Assembly (NCBI GenBank): GCA_012728835.1
Contig: JAAYEJ010000011.1
Location: 50,990 to 114,989 of the forward strand
Length of the DNA: 64,000 nt
Source of the DNA: Candidatus Brocadiaceae bacterium
Lineage (GTDB): Bacteria; Planctomycetota; Brocadiia; SM23-32
Direction of reading: 5' to 3'
Every line of letters starts with the position of its first letter. Position 1 is the first letter of the stretch. Of the stretch, positions 49,662-60,059 are shown piece by piece. A model generated the notes under the pieces. That model did not search any database, was not told the DNA's origin, and worked only from the letters and a program-made list of their open reading frames with translations. The translations under genes were made by a program, and so were the position numbers.

Positions 49662-51101
49662 ATGAGCACCTATCAACTGCTGCGGCACTCGGCGGAGGCG
49701 TGGGGACGACGGCCGGCCGTGATCGACCGGCACGGGCGGATTGACTACCACACGCTCTTCGCGCAGGTCGAGGACGTCCGCCGGCAGCTCCGGGGCCTGG
49801 GGGTCGGGCCCGGGCACGGCGTGGGGATCATGGCACCGAACGGACGCTCCTTCATCATCGGCGCCTTCGCCGCGACGGGGTGCGGCGCCACGATGCTGCC
49901 GATGTCGCCGACGCTTCGGCAGACGGAGCTTGACGGATTCCTTCGCGACGTGCGGGTGCACGCGATTCTGGGCCAGGGGCTTGCCTTCCGGCCTGAGGAC
50001 GGCCGGTCGTCCCAGGTAGACGTGCCGGGCGTCGGGCCGATGCCGTTCACGTGGACGGACGCGCCGCGCAACAGGCCGTGCGTGGAGTTCGTGCCGGACG
50101 CGGCCTTCGTCCGCCTGACCTCCGGCACCACGGGGCGGGCGAAGGGCGTGGTGCTCTCCCACCGGAGTGTGATCGAGCGAACGGCCGCCGCCAACCGCGC
50201 GCTGGGTCTGTCGTGCGAGGACACGGTGGTCTGGGTCCTCCCGATGGCATTCCATTTCTTCGTCTCGATCGTGCTGTACCTGCGCGTCGGGGCGGCCATC
50301 GTCGTGTGTGCCGACCACCTTGCCGAGACCGTCCTGGAGGACGCCAACCGCCACGGGGGGACGTTCCTGTACGCGGCGCCCGTCCATTACCGCCTGCTGG
50401 TCGCCGAGGCGTCCGGCGCACGGTTCCGGACGGTGCGCAGGGCGCTGTCGACGGCGGTGGGCCTGCCTCTGGAGGTGGCCCACGGGTTCCGCGAGCGGTT
50501 CGGGTTCCCCCTTGCCCAGGCGTACGGGGTGATCGAGGTGGGGCTGCCGCTGGTGAACCTGGAGCGGCCCGAGGAGAGGCCGGGCTCCGTGGGGCGTCCG
50601 CTGCCGGACTGGGAGGTGGCCATCGTCGGCCTGGACGCAGCGCCCCTGCCCCCCGGGGAGGTGGGGCAGTTGGCGCTGCGTGGGCCGGGCCTGTTCGAGG
50701 GCTACCTGAGCCCCCCGACCAGGAGGGTCGACGTCCTGCACGACGGGTGGTTCATGACGGGCGACATGGCCTGGCGGGATGAGGAGGGCTTTGTTACGAT
50801 AGCGGGCCGCTGCAAGTCCATGATCAACGTTGGCGGCAACAAGGTCTTCCCGGAAGAAGTGGAGCATGTGCTGGGCATGCACCCCGCCGTCCGGGCATGC
50901 CGCGTACGGGCCGAGCCGCACCAACGGCTCGACGAGGTCGTCCATGCCGACGTGGTCCTTGCGGATCCGTGCCGACCCGTGGACGCCGAGGAACTCGTCG
51001 CCTTCTGCCGCCGCCGCCTGTCGAGTTTCAAGGTGCCCGGCTCGATCACCTTCGTCCCGGCGATCACGGAGACCGCCAGCGGCAAGCCCTTTCGTTACTG
51101 A
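49662..51101 (+). CDS. Acyl-AMP ligase / AMP-dependent synthetase (ApeH-like adenylating enzyme).
   Basis: ATG 49662 follows GGAGG. It has the adenylation motifs LTSGTTGRAKGV (A3), YGVIEVG (A5) and TGDMAWRDEEGFVTIAGRCKSMINVGGNKV (A7-A8). It is 479 aa. Confidence 0.8.
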   Translation: MSTYQLLRHSAEAWGRRPAVIDRHGRIDYHTLFAQVEDVRRQLRGLGVGPGHGVGIMAPNGRSFIIGAFAATGCGATMLPMSPTLRQTELDGFLRDVRVHAILGQGLAFRPEDGRSSQVDVPGVGPMPFTWTDAPRNRPCVEFVPDAAFVRLTSGTTGRAKGVVLSHRSVIERTAAANRALGLSCEDTVVWVLPMAFHFFVSIVLYLRVGAAIVVCADHLAETVLEDANRHGGTFLYAAPVHYRLLVAEASGARFRTVRRALSTAVGLPLEVAHGFRERFGFPLAQAYGVIEVGLPLVNLERPEERPGSVGRPLPDWEVAIVGLDAAPLPPGEVGQLALRGPGLFEGYLSPPTRRVDVLHDGWFMTGDMAWRDEEGFVTIAGRCKSMINVGGNKVFPEEVEHVLGMHPAVRACRVRAEPHQRLDEVVHADVVLADPCRPVDAEELVAFCRRRLSSFKVPGSITFVPAITETASGKPFRY

Positions 51102-51170
51102 CAAGGGCCGATACATGTCCTCCAGGGCTCTGCACCGTCAGCCCGGCCGGGCACATAGGGGAACGGTTGC

Positions 51171-52595
51171 ATGAAGATACTGCTGGTCAAGCCGGCGCCG
51201 CGGCTCGATACCGTCCGAAGTGTCCACGGGCTGGTCTTCCTGGAGCCGATTGAACTCGGCTACGTCGCGGCGGCCGTGCCGGCGGGGCATGACGTGAAGA
51301 CGCTCGACCTCCGCATGGCGCGTCGGCCGGGCCAGGCGTTCACTCGAACACTGCGCTCCTACCGGCCGGACGTGGTCGGCCTTTCCGGATACACGCACGA
51401 GGCGCGGCAGGTCGTCGCCCTCGCCGGCGCGGTGCGCCGGACGCTGCCGGGGGCCAGGGTCGTCGTCGGCGGCCACCACGCCACCGTCTCACCCGAGACC
51501 TACAACGTGCCGGACGTCGACGCGATCGTCCGCGGCGAGGGATGCGCTCCCTTCCGAGCCGTGATCGAGGCCCTCGCCGCCGGCCGGGCACCGTCCGGAA
51601 TCGTCAACGTGATGCTCCCCGGGGCGGACTTCGACGCGGGCGAGGCCGCCCGGCTGCCGGTCTACCCCGATCTGGACGGCCTGCCCGTTCCGCGGCGGGA
51701 CCTGTGGGACCCGGCGGCGTACTTCTGCGTCTGGCCGTCGGAGAGGCACCCCCGCGGTCAGACGATCTTCCCGCCCGTGGCGCTGGTGCGCTCGTCCTTC
51801 GGCTGCCACATGGACTGTTCGTTCTGCGTCGTGCCCCGGCTCTGCCGGCACCGCCACATGACCCGTTCGCCGGAACTGGTGGCGGAGGAGATTGCTTCGG
51901 TTGCCGCGAGCCACATCTACTTCTGCGACGACGAAACGTTCCTGGACCACGATCACGCCCGCCGATTGGCCCAGGCGATCCGCGAAAGGGGCATCCGGAA
52001 GCACTACTTCGCCTGGGCGCGTTCGACCTCCGTCGTCCGTGCGCCGGAGCTGTTCCGGCAGTGGCACCAGATCGGGCTGGACGCCGTCTTCCTCGGGTTC
52101 GAGGCCGTGACCGACGAGGAACTGCAGGCCATCTCGAAGCACGGGACGGTTGCGGACAACGTGCGCGCCCACGAGACGCTGCGGGAGATGGGCGTGGCCG
52201 TGCAGGGCGGCTTCATGGTGCGCCCCGACTTCGGGCGCGCGGAGTTCGACAGGCTGCGACAGACGATCGTCCAGATGCCGCCGGCGCAGATCACCCTGAC
52301 GGTCTACACGCCGTCTCCGCTGAGCCCGGCCTGGTCCGCCGAGAGCGCGGAGTTCGTGTGCGACCCGTTCGACCTGCACGATTGCATGCACCCGCTCACG
52401 CCCACCGTTCTGCCGCTGAAGGAGTTCTACGAGCAGTTCGCGTCGCTGGTGTGGGACGGCGCCCGGAAGACGCCTTTCCAGACCCAGCGGAGCCGCATAC
52501 CGCGCCGCGATCTGGTGCGCCTCTGGTGGAGCGCCACCGGCTACGTGCGCAGCATAAGGAAGGCCTACCGGGACTTCCCCAAGGAGCTGTGGTGA
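51171..52595 (+). CDS. B12-binding radical SAM enzyme, copy 2.
   Basis: It has an N-terminal B12-binding domain (MKILLVKPAP... GLSGYTHEA...), a CHMDCSFCVVP radical-SAM motif, and is 474 aa. Confidence 0.75.
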   Translation: MKILLVKPAPRLDTVRSVHGLVFLEPIELGYVAAAVPAGHDVKTLDLRMARRPGQAFTRTLRSYRPDVVGLSGYTHEARQVVALAGAVRRTLPGARVVVGGHHATVSPETYNVPDVDAIVRGEGCAPFRAVIEALAAGRAPSGIVNVMLPGADFDAGEAARLPVYPDLDGLPVPRRDLWDPAAYFCVWPSERHPRGQTIFPPVALVRSSFGCHMDCSFCVVPRLCRHRHMTRSPELVAEEIASVAASHIYFCDDETFLDHDHARRLAQAIRERGIRKHYFAWARSTSVVRAPELFRQWHQIGLDAVFLGFEAVTDEELQAISKHGTVADNVRAHETLREMGVAVQGGFMVRPDFGRAEFDRLRQTIVQMPPAQITLTVYTPSPLSPAWSAESAEFVCDPFDLHDCMHPLTPTVLPLKEFYEQFASLVWDGARKTPFQTQRSRIPRRDLVRLWWSATGYVRSIRKAYRDFPKELW

Positions 52596-52601
52596 CGTGC
52601 G

Positions 52602-53096
52602 ATGGACCCGTATCCCCCTGTAGCTGCGACGGGATGCACGATGCGGCGACCGCCCCAGGGAAGGTACCTCGAGCACCGGACCCACGTGCGCGTGCGGTTC
52701 CAGGAAGTGGATTCGCTACAGGTCGTGTGGCACGGGCACTACCTGAGCTACTTCGAAGACGTGCGGGTGGCCCTGGGCCGCCGGTACGGGCTCCGGTACG
52801 ACGACATCCGCAACGCCGGCCTGCGCGCTCCGGTCGTCCACCTTTCGTGCGACTTCCTGGCTCCCGCGCGCTTCGACGATGAACTCGAGCTGAGAGCCCG
52901 ACTCTTCGAGCGCGAGGAGGCCAAGATCGAGTTTCACTACGAGGTCTTCAACGTCGGCACGGCCGCGCTGCTGGCCACGGGCCGGACCGTCCAGGTCTTC
53001 ACCGACGAACGCGATGAGTTGCTGCTGACCCTGCCGCCGTTCATGTGCGCGTTCTACGAACGGTGGCGGGACACGATGCAGGGAAGCCATGGATGA
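52602..53096 (+). CDS. Hot-dog fold acyl-CoA/ACP thioesterase (YbgC/4HBT-like; ApeK-like).
   Basis: VRVRFQEVDSLQVVWHGHYLSYFEDVR is the classic YbgC-type motif. It is 164 aa, and the start could instead be the downstream Met. Confidence 0.7.
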   Translation: MDPYPPVAATGCTMRRPPQGRYLEHRTHVRVRFQEVDSLQVVWHGHYLSYFEDVRVALGRRYGLRYDDIRNAGLRAPVVHLSCDFLAPARFDDELELRARLFEREEAKIEFHYEVFNVGTAALLATGRTVQVFTDERDELLLTLPPFMCAFYERWRDTMQGSHG

Positions 53097-54270
53097 TCGC
53101 TGTGCCATCATAGGGGCGGACGTCGTCAACGCACTCGGCCTGGGAGCGGAGCAGGTCTGGGCCGCAATGATGGATGGTGTCTGCGGCATCCGCCCGTTGA
53201 GGCGGTTCCCCCGCGGGAAGTACGCCACGGACTTCGCCGGCGAACTGACGCCCGACACGGTAGAGGAATTGCGGGCCTCGGATGGCGGCGAATCCGGCGG
53301 CCTGGCGTTCCCGATGGCCCTGTATGTGGCGCGGCGTGCCCTCTCCTGCACCTCGGCGGCGCACCGGCGGGCTGGGGCGGTCGGGCTCGTCCTGTCAACG
53401 ACCAAGGCGGAGATGGGCGACCTGGAGCGGCTGGCGACGGGCTCCGACGCCCCCGCCAATCCGCGCTACAATCCGTATTCCCTGGCCTGCGACGTTGCGC
53501 GCGCGCTGGGCATCGGGGGGCCGGTGCTGGCGGTGTCGAACGCCTGTGCCTCGGGCCTCATCGCGATGGTGGAGGCCGCGCGGATTTTGGAGCGCGGCGA
53601 GGCCGACGCGGTGCTCGTCGTGGGCGTGGACGTGCTCACGGACTTCGTCCTGTCGGGCTTCTCCGCGTTCCGTGCTCTCAGTCCGCAGCCGTGTCGCCCC
53701 TACGATGCCGACCGGGACGGGCTGTCGCTGGGAGAGGGGGCGGGCGCGCTGTGTCTTGCGCGCGAGCCGGCGGAGGGCGAGCACGCCCTGGCCGAGCTTG
53801 CGGGGTGGGGTATCTCGAACGACGCCAACCACATCACGGCGCCCTCGCGCACGGGCGACGGCCTGCGGAACGCCGTGGGCAGTGCGCTTGTTCGGGCCGG
53901 CATGGAGTGCTACGATGTCCATTACGTCAACGGCCACGGCACCGGCACGGTCTACAACGACGCGATGGAGGCCAGGGCCCTGTGCGATGCCCTGGCGGGG
54001 TGCCCCGTTCCCGTCAGTTCGATGAAGGGCTACTTCGGCCACACGCTGGGTGCGGCGGGCGTCATCGAGGCGGCCATCTGCCTCACCGCACTGCGGGAAC
54101 GGACCGTCCCGGCTTCCCTGGGGCTGAGCACGCCCGGTGTCGGCCGGCCGCTCCGCGTCGCCAGGAGTCCCCTTGCCCTCGGCGAGATGGAGAACGTCCT
54201 CTCGGTCAAGTCCGGCTTCGGCGGTGTGAATGCCGCAGTGATCCTCAGCAGGCCCGGGGGCGGTCGATGA
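53089..54270 (+). CDS. Beta-ketoacyl synthase (KS; ApeC-like elongating KS).
   Basis: Active-site VSNACASGLIAM, with NGHGTGT and GHTLGAAG His motifs. It is 393 aa and overlaps its neighbours at both ends. Confidence 0.85.
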   Translation: MDDRCAIIGADVVNALGLGAEQVWAAMMDGVCGIRPLRRFPRGKYATDFAGELTPDTVEELRASDGGESGGLAFPMALYVARRALSCTSAAHRRAGAVGLVLSTTKAEMGDLERLATGSDAPANPRYNPYSLACDVARALGIGGPVLAVSNACASGLIAMVEAARILERGEADAVLVVGVDVLTDFVLSGFSAFRALSPQPCRPYDADRDGLSLGEGAGALCLAREPAEGEHALAELAGWGISNDANHITAPSRTGDGLRNAVGSALVRAGMECYDVHYVNGHGTGTVYNDAMEARALCDALAGCPVPVSSMKGYFGHTLGAAGVIEAAICLTALRERTVPASLGLSTPGVGRPLRVARSPLALGEMENVLSVKSGFGGVNAAVILSRPGGGR

Positions 54271-55064
54271 AGGACGTTGTAATCACTGATTGCGCATGCG
54301 TGGCCGAGGACGGCTTCGGCAACCGCCGTACGTGGCAGTCCTGGGACGGTGCGGCGCCCGGCGCCGACGACCTGCGCTGGAGCATGTTCTCAGAGACGCC
54401 CTTTGACGCGTTCCGGCGCCTGGATGCCCTCTGCAGGTACGCGCTCTCGGCGGTCGAACTGCTGACCTTGCCCCCGCCGGCGGCCGGCGGCCGGCGGCCC
54501 GACCTTGGCCTCTGCCTGGGCACCCAGTACGGATCCCTGGACGCGGACATTGCCTTCATCCGGACGGCGAACAACGCCTCCGGCCCCAGCCCGAGGTTGT
54601 TCACCTACACGCTGCCCAGCACGGCGCTGGGCGAGATCGCCATACGGCACCGGATCACCGGGCCGAACCTGTGCGTTCTGTGCGGGCCGGACAGCGGCAT
54701 GGCCGCCCTGCGCGAGGGGACCTTCATGGTCGCCGACGGGACCGTGGCGGGATGCGTCTGCCTCGGGTGCGATGCCGTCTCGATGCCGGTGGCCGGCCGG
54801 TCGGTGGGCTACGCTTACGCATTTGTGCTGGAACGGGCGCCCGCAGCGTGCGAGCGCGAAGGACCGCTGGCCCGCCTCATACCCGGCGATGCGGGATGCA
54901 CGCCGGCGCGGTGCGTTGCGGCCCACGACGCTCTGCCGGCGCTGTTCCGCTACGTAGCTTCCTCGGCGCGGCCGGCCGGTGAACCCCCTTGTGAGTCACT
55001 GTGCCTGCGAGCCGCTGCGCACCCGGCGGCGCCGTGCCTCCTATGCAACCTGGACGCGGGATAG
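54267..55064 (+). CDS. Short KS-like partner lacking the active-site Cys (chain-length-factor-like; ApeO-like).
   Basis: 265 aa with a KS N-terminal-like fold, and LCLGTQYGSL where the Cys-containing motif would be. It has an ATGA overlap with the upstream KS. Confidence 0.6.
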   Translation: MKDVVITDCACVAEDGFGNRRTWQSWDGAAPGADDLRWSMFSETPFDAFRRLDALCRYALSAVELLTLPPPAAGGRRPDLGLCLGTQYGSLDADIAFIRTANNASGPSPRLFTYTLPSTALGEIAIRHRITGPNLCVLCGPDSGMAALREGTFMVADGTVAGCVCLGCDAVSMPVAGRSVGYAYAFVLERAPAACEREGPLARLIPGDAGCTPARCVAAHDALPALFRYVASSARPAGEPPCESLCLRAAAHPAAPCLLCNLDAG

Positions 55065-55068
55065 AGCA

Positions 55069-55342
55069 GATGCCAGATATCGTCGAGGATCTCAAGGAGC
55101 AGGTCATCAAGGCGTTGAACCTGCGGGACGTGACGCCGGAAGACATCGACCCCGACGCGCCGCTGTTCGGCGAGGGACTGGAACTCGACTCCATCGACGC
55201 GCTCGAGATCGTCGTCATGCTCGAGAAGCGCTACGGCATACGCGTCGAGGACATGGACGTCGCCCGTCAGGCGTTCCGTTCCGTGAACGCCCTGGCGGAG
55301 TTCGTCACGGAGAACAGGGAGTCGTGCGAACAGACCGAGTAG
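55069..55342 (+). CDS. Acyl carrier protein (second ACP).
   Basis: 91 aa, with LELDSIDALEIVVMLEKRYG. Confidence 0.8.
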
Positions 55343-56526
55343 CCATCACGGGCATCGGCATCGTCTCGGCTGCGGGATGGACGCCGGAGGAGTTGTGGTC
55401 TGCCATCGAGGCGGAGCGGTCTGGGCTGGGACGCCTGACGCTCTTCGACTCGCCGCGCTGCGGCCACGTGCCCGTGGGGCAGGTGATCGGCGATCCGGCC
55501 GCAAGGAGCGGCCTGTCGCGGGGGTCGCGGACCGATCACTTCGCCGTCTGCGCCGCCCGCGACGCGCTCGAAGACTCGGGACTGCGGGAGCCGGGCCCGG
55601 CGGCGGACCGCCGCCGAATGGGCGTCGTCCTCGGCGGCACAACGGGGGGAATGCTCAGCACCGAGGCCTTCCTGCAGAAGCTGCTGCTGGACGAGGCGTT
55701 CGACGCGGCTCTGCTGCGCGATCACCAGTGTTGCGCCGCCACAGAGGCCGTCGCTGCCGGCCTGCAGTTGCGGGGGTTCCGAGCCACCGTCTCCGACGCA
55801 TGCGCATCCAGCAACGCGGCCGTCGCGATCGGCTGCGACGTCCTGCGGTCCGGCGAGGCCGACGTCATGCTCGCCGGCGGGGCGGATTCGCTCACGCGGC
55901 TGACGCTGAACGGCTTCTGCTCGCTCCTGAACGTCTCGCACGAGGGCGCCCGGCCCTTCGATGCCGAACGGTCGGGGCTGAGCCTCGGCGAGGGGGCCGG
56001 AATGCTCGTGCTGGAGCGGGAGGAGGCAGCCGTTGCCCGCGGTGCCCGCATCTACGGCCTGGTCGCCGGCTACGGCAGCACCTGCGACGCGAACCACCTG
56101 ACGGCGCCGATGCCCGACGGCTCGGCGGCCGCAAACGCCATGCGGCGAGCGCTGGAGATGGCGGGGATTGCGCCGGCTGCCGTCGACTACGTGAACGCCC
56201 ACGGCACGGGCACGGTGACGAACGACCTTGCCGAGGCACGCGCGCTGCGGGCGGTCTTCGGCAGTCGCCCCCCCGCCGTGTCCTCGACCAAGCGGTTCTT
56301 CGGCCACACGCTGGGGGCCGCCGGCGCGATGGAGGCGGTTGTCTGCGTCCTCGCCATGCAGAGACAACGGTTCCCGGCCAACCTGGGCTTCCGCACAATG
56401 GACGCCGAGGTCGGCTTCGCCCCCGTTGCACACACGTGCGACGGCACGATCCGGGCAATCGTGACGAACTCGTTCGGCTTCGGCGGCAACAACTGCTCGC
56501 TGGTCATCTGTGGACGGGAGGCATAG
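55324..56526 (+). CDS. Beta-ketoacyl synthase (KS).
   Basis: GTG 55324. Active-site SDACASSNAAV, with NAHGTGT and GHTLGAAG His motifs. It is 400 aa. Confidence 0.8.
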   Translation: MRTDRVAITGIGIVSAAGWTPEELWSAIEAERSGLGRLTLFDSPRCGHVPVGQVIGDPAARSGLSRGSRTDHFAVCAARDALEDSGLREPGPAADRRRMGVVLGGTTGGMLSTEAFLQKLLLDEAFDAALLRDHQCCAATEAVAAGLQLRGFRATVSDACASSNAAVAIGCDVLRSGEADVMLAGGADSLTRLTLNGFCSLLNVSHEGARPFDAERSGLSLGEGAGMLVLEREEAAVARGARIYGLVAGYGSTCDANHLTAPMPDGSAAANAMRRALEMAGIAPAAVDYVNAHGTGTVTNDLAEARALRAVFGSRPPAVSSTKRFFGHTLGAAGAMEAVVCVLAMQRQRFPANLGFRTMDAEVGFAPVAHTCDGTIRAIVTNSFGFGGNNCSLVICGREA

Positions 56527-57672
56527 ATGACGTCGCCGGGGCCGGGCAGGCACGCGGGTGTGAGCATCTGCGGCATGGGGCTCGTGCTGCCGGGCCCGAC
56601 GCCGGGCATGCTGCCGTCCGTGCCGTCGCCCCGGCTGGCCGCGGGGCCCGTGTACTCCTGCCGCGAACTGCCGGCCCTGCCGCCCCGGTACGCCAGAGCG
56701 CTGCGACGGCTGTGCCGTGCGGACCACCTGGCCCTGGCCGCAGCCGTGCAGGCTGTCGGGGACCGTGGCGGTCAGGAAGGCCCGGACGACGAGACCGCCG
56801 TGTGCGTGGGGACGGGGATGGGCGTTGTGGGCGCGACGGCGGCCTTCCTGGAGAGCATGGTCGAGGAGAACGAGGGCAACCCCAAGCCGACGGCCTTCAC
56901 CAACTCCCTCCACAACGTCCCGGCCGCTCAGATCGCCGTCTACCTCGGGCTGCGCGGCCCGAACAACACCTTCATCCACGGGTCCGTCTCCTTCGAACTC
57001 GCACTGTGGCGGGCGCTGCGGATGATGGAGACCGGGCAGGCCCGGCGGGCCGTCGTCGTCGGCGTTGACGAGGCCAGCCCCTACGTCGTCACCGCCGGGC
57101 AGCGCCGGGGCTGGTTCCGCGGCGACGGCGCCTCGCTGGATCCCATGGCGGGGTCGGCGGCGCGTGTGCGCGGGACGGTGCCGGGGGAAGGCGCCGGCGC
57201 CCTGCTGCTCTGCCGCGAGTCCGATGCCCCGCAGGGCCGCCGTGAGGCACGCCTGGCCGGGCTCCGGATCGAGCCGCCGGCCGATCCGCGCATCGCCGTG
57301 CGCGACCCGGACGCCGAGGCGGAGTTCGTGGTCGACGCCCTCGAATCAGCCGGGGTCGCGATGGAGGATGTCGATCTGCTCCTGCTGGGCGCGAACGGCG
57401 ATTGCCGGATCGACGACGCCCACCGCCGCGTGGTCGGTGCTCTTGCACGGTCCGGCCGCGTGTCGTGCGGCGTGTTCAAGTCCTCCTGCGGCGAGTTCTG
57501 TGCCGCCGCAGCGGTGGGCGTCGTGCTCGGCGCCATGGCCGTGCGGGACGGGGCACTGGCGCCCGCGATCCGGCTCCTGGGGCGGCCCGTCCGGGCCCGT
57601 GCCGTCTCCTGCGTGGCATGCTATAACCTGTATGAGACGGGCTACCGCAGCCTCTGCGTGGTGAAGGCATGA
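56527..57672 (+). CDS. KS-like protein without catalytic Cys (chain-length-factor-like partner).
   Basis: 381 aa. It has a KS fold, but the active-site region reads AFTNSLHNVPAAQIAV (no Cys). It directly follows the KS with no gap. Confidence 0.65.
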   Translation: MTSPGPGRHAGVSICGMGLVLPGPTPGMLPSVPSPRLAAGPVYSCRELPALPPRYARALRRLCRADHLALAAAVQAVGDRGGQEGPDDETAVCVGTGMGVVGATAAFLESMVEENEGNPKPTAFTNSLHNVPAAQIAVYLGLRGPNNTFIHGSVSFELALWRALRMMETGQARRAVVVGVDEASPYVVTAGQRRGWFRGDGASLDPMAGSAARVRGTVPGEGAGALLLCRESDAPQGRREARLAGLRIEPPADPRIAVRDPDAEAEFVVDALESAGVAMEDVDLLLLGANGDCRIDDAHRRVVGALARSGRVSCGVFKSSCGEFCAAAAVGVVLGAMAVRDGALAPAIRLLGRPVRARAVSCVACYNLYETGYRSLCVVKA

Positions 57673-58451
57673 ATCGCTTCGGAGTCGCAACGCTTGCCGT
57701 CCTGGCCTGCTGGGCCGGCGTCGTCCTGGCTCTGGACGGGGCCGCGCGCTGGTGGGTCGGCGGCGCCCTGACGGTGGCGTACCTCGTCGCACTCGGCGTC
57801 GGCGTGGCCTTCCCCCGGGCCGGGTTCTTCTGCCGGGCCTTCTGCCGCGGGGATGCGGCGCGCCGGCAGGTGGCGTTCACGTTCGACGACGGTCCGGATC
57901 CGGCCGCGACCCCCGCGCTGCTGGACCTGCTGAGGGAGCAGCGCGTGCCCGCCGCCTTCTTCTGCATCGGGCAGAAGGCGCAGGAGCACCCCGACGTGGT
58001 CCGGCGCGCGGTGAGGGAGGGGCACGTGGTCGGCAACCACACGTTCCGGCACAGCCCGTGGACGAACTTCCTGTCCGCGCATGGCCTGCTGCGCGAGATC
58101 GGGCGTGCCCAGGACGCCCTGGGGCTGGTCGTCGGCCGCCGGCCCCGCTATCTGCGCAGTCCGGTGGGGCTGACGAACCCCCGCTTCCCCGGGGCGCTCT
58201 GCCGATCCGGGACGACCTTCATCGGTTGGGACGTGCGGTCGCTGGACCGGGGCGCCGCGCCCGACGCCGTGGTGGCGCGGGTGTGCAGGAAGGCGCGCCC
58301 CGGCAGCGTCTTGCTGATGCACGACGGCGGCGCGGACGCCGAGGCGCTGGTCGAGGCCGTGTCCCGGATCATCGCGCAGCTCAGGGACCGGGGCTATGCA
58401 TTCGTCGCCCTGGAGGACATGGGCGCCGGCCCGCCCTACGTGGACGGATGA
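57669..58451 (+). CDS. NodB-type polysaccharide deacetylase family protein (membrane-anchored).
   Basis: N-terminal TM, then motifs FTFDDGP, VGNHTFRHS, and RSPVG ... LLMHDG. Confidence 0.75.
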   Translation: MNRFGVATLAVLACWAGVVLALDGAARWWVGGALTVAYLVALGVGVAFPRAGFFCRAFCRGDAARRQVAFTFDDGPDPAATPALLDLLREQRVPAAFFCIGQKAQEHPDVVRRAVREGHVVGNHTFRHSPWTNFLSAHGLLREIGRAQDALGLVVGRRPRYLRSPVGLTNPRFPGALCRSGTTFIGWDVRSLDRGAAPDAVVARVCRKARPGSVLLMHDGGADAEALVEAVSRIIAQLRDRGYAFVALEDMGAGPPYVDG

Positions 58452-58488
58452 CGCGGCGGCGACACGGCGTTTCAACGGGAGAAAGCAC

Positions 58489-59295
58489 ATGCACGCAGAT
58501 CATCGGAGACGGCTGCCCGCAGTCCTCGGCCTTCTGTTCGCGGCCGTGTTCGCCGTGTCTGCGCCGCTCGGGCATGCGGCAGATGCGGAAGGGATGGTCG
58601 GGGCGGCGCCGCGTTCGCTCAGCGGCGAGGAGGTGGCGGAGCTGCTCAAGAGACTGGAGACCAGGCTTCAGAGCACGTCGTCTCTGAGGGCGGACTTCAT
58701 CCAGGAGAAGCACATGAGCATCTTCACGGACGTCCTGACGGCGCGCGGGACGCTGCTGTTCGAACGCCCGAACGCCGTGCGGTTCGAGATGATCGAACCG
58801 TTCCGCTCGGTGCTCGTCGCCAGGGGGAGGGCCGTCGCGAAGTACGAGTGCGTGGAGGGCCGCTGGGAGAAACTGGACCCCGCCGCCGCATCGGCCATGA
58901 AGGCGGTGACGGACCAGATGATCCTGTGGCACGGGGGATCGCTCCAGGAGCAGAAGGGCGCCTACGACATCGGCGCCGTCCGGGCCGAACACACCACGAT
59001 CGTGCTGACGCCGCGCGACCGGGAGGTGCGCGAGTACATCGGCGCCGTGGAACTCACGCTGGACGAAGAGGAGAGCTACTTCCAATGCGTGACGATCCGC
59101 GAGAGCGGAGGCGATTACACGTGCATGCGCTTCGCGCGGCCGGCGCGCAACCTCAGCATCCCCAAGGCGGTGTTCGACCCGGCGCTTGACGAGCCGGTCC
59201 GGCTCGAAGACGTCATGCCGTCTCCCCCGACCGCGCCGGACCCGCAGCCCCCGCCGGCGCCGCGAGCCGATCAGGGCGCGGCGCCCGACTCCTGA
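58489..59295 (+). CDS. LolA-like outer-membrane lipoprotein carrier family protein (ApeL/ApeN-like), with a Pro-rich C-terminal tail.
   Basis: ATG 58489 (GGGAGA). It has a signal peptide LPAVLGLLFAAVFAVSAPLGHA and a LolA-like beta-barrel region (FIQEKHMSIFTDVLTARGTLLFERPNAVRFEM). Confidence 0.6.
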   Translation: MHADHRRRLPAVLGLLFAAVFAVSAPLGHAADAEGMVGAAPRSLSGEEVAELLKRLETRLQSTSSLRADFIQEKHMSIFTDVLTARGTLLFERPNAVRFEMIEPFRSVLVARGRAVAKYECVEGRWEKLDPAAASAMKAVTDQMILWHGGSLQEQKGAYDIGAVRAEHTTIVLTPRDREVREYIGAVELTLDEEESYFQCVTIRESGGDYTCMRFARPARNLSIPKAVFDPALDEPVRLEDVMPSPPTAPDPQPPPAPRADQGAAPDS

Positions 59296-60056
59296 ACCGG
59301 TGTGACGGCCCCGGCTTGCGCGAGCGTGAGGACGCGGACAGTCGCCTCGTAGCCGCCACGGCGGTCGGCGATCCTGATCGTCCGTGGGATCGGCTGCGGC
59401 CATGCGGTGAGGACCTCGTGGTCCGAGAACTCAATCCTGTGGCGCCATCTGCCGTTGCGCGCGGCTTCGACGTAGCGGATCAGGCGGCGGCTCACGGCGT
59501 CAAACGTGAAGACGCGTTGCCCGCCGTCCGGGGTCGATTCGGCGAACCCCACCTCGTCGGGGCCGAAGCGGGAGAGGCGGGCGTCGGGTGACGGCCTGGC
59601 GAAGAAGAGGCGCTCCATGGTCCGGACGGCGTTCTCGGCGAAGCGGTCCGCCGGGAAGCCCGGCGCGGCCCTCAGCAGCTTGAGCGTGTCCCCCGGGGAC
59701 TGTTCGGCGGCGAAGACCGTCGTCCCCACGTCGGTGAGCGCGAGCAACCGGACGTAGCCCGGCGTCTCGCACGCCACGAGGCCGCTGAGTGTGAGCCCCC
59801 GCCCGCGGACCGTGAGCAGCACCCGGTGTTGTGTGGAGAACCGGCGCGGGTAGGCGGCATCCAGGGCGCCGCGCAGCTCGGCCGCAAGCGCCCCGTCATC
59901 CAGCGGCTGTCCCGGCAGGGGAGCCGTCCGGCAGCCCTGCGCCGCGAGCGCGGCCAGCAGCGTCAGCAGGCAACCGCTCAACGCCCGCACCTGGAACACG
60001 CGCTTCTCCCATCGCAGAAGGCACACGCCGGCGGGCGGCGCCATGACGCCCGACAC
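59271..60056 (-). CDS. Predicted lipoprotein (lipobox LAAQGC), possibly a LolB/LolA-fold partner.
   Basis: 261 aa ORF; the start is uncertain. It is convergent with, and slightly overlaps, the LolA-like gene. Confidence 0.45.
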   Translation of the reverse strand: MSGVMAPPAGVCLLRWEKRVFQVRALSGCLLTLLAALAAQGCRTAPLPGQPLDDGALAAELRGALDAAYPRRFSTQHRVLLTVRGRGLTLSGLVACETPGYVRLLALTDVGTTVFAAEQSPGDTLKLLRAAPGFPADRFAENAVRTMERLFFARPSPDARLSRFGPDEVGFAESTPDGGQRVFTFDAVSRRLIRYVEAARNGRWRHRIEFSDHEVLTAWPQPIPRTIRIADRRGGYEATVRVLTLAQAGAVTPVQESGAAP

Positions 60057-60059
60057 GGT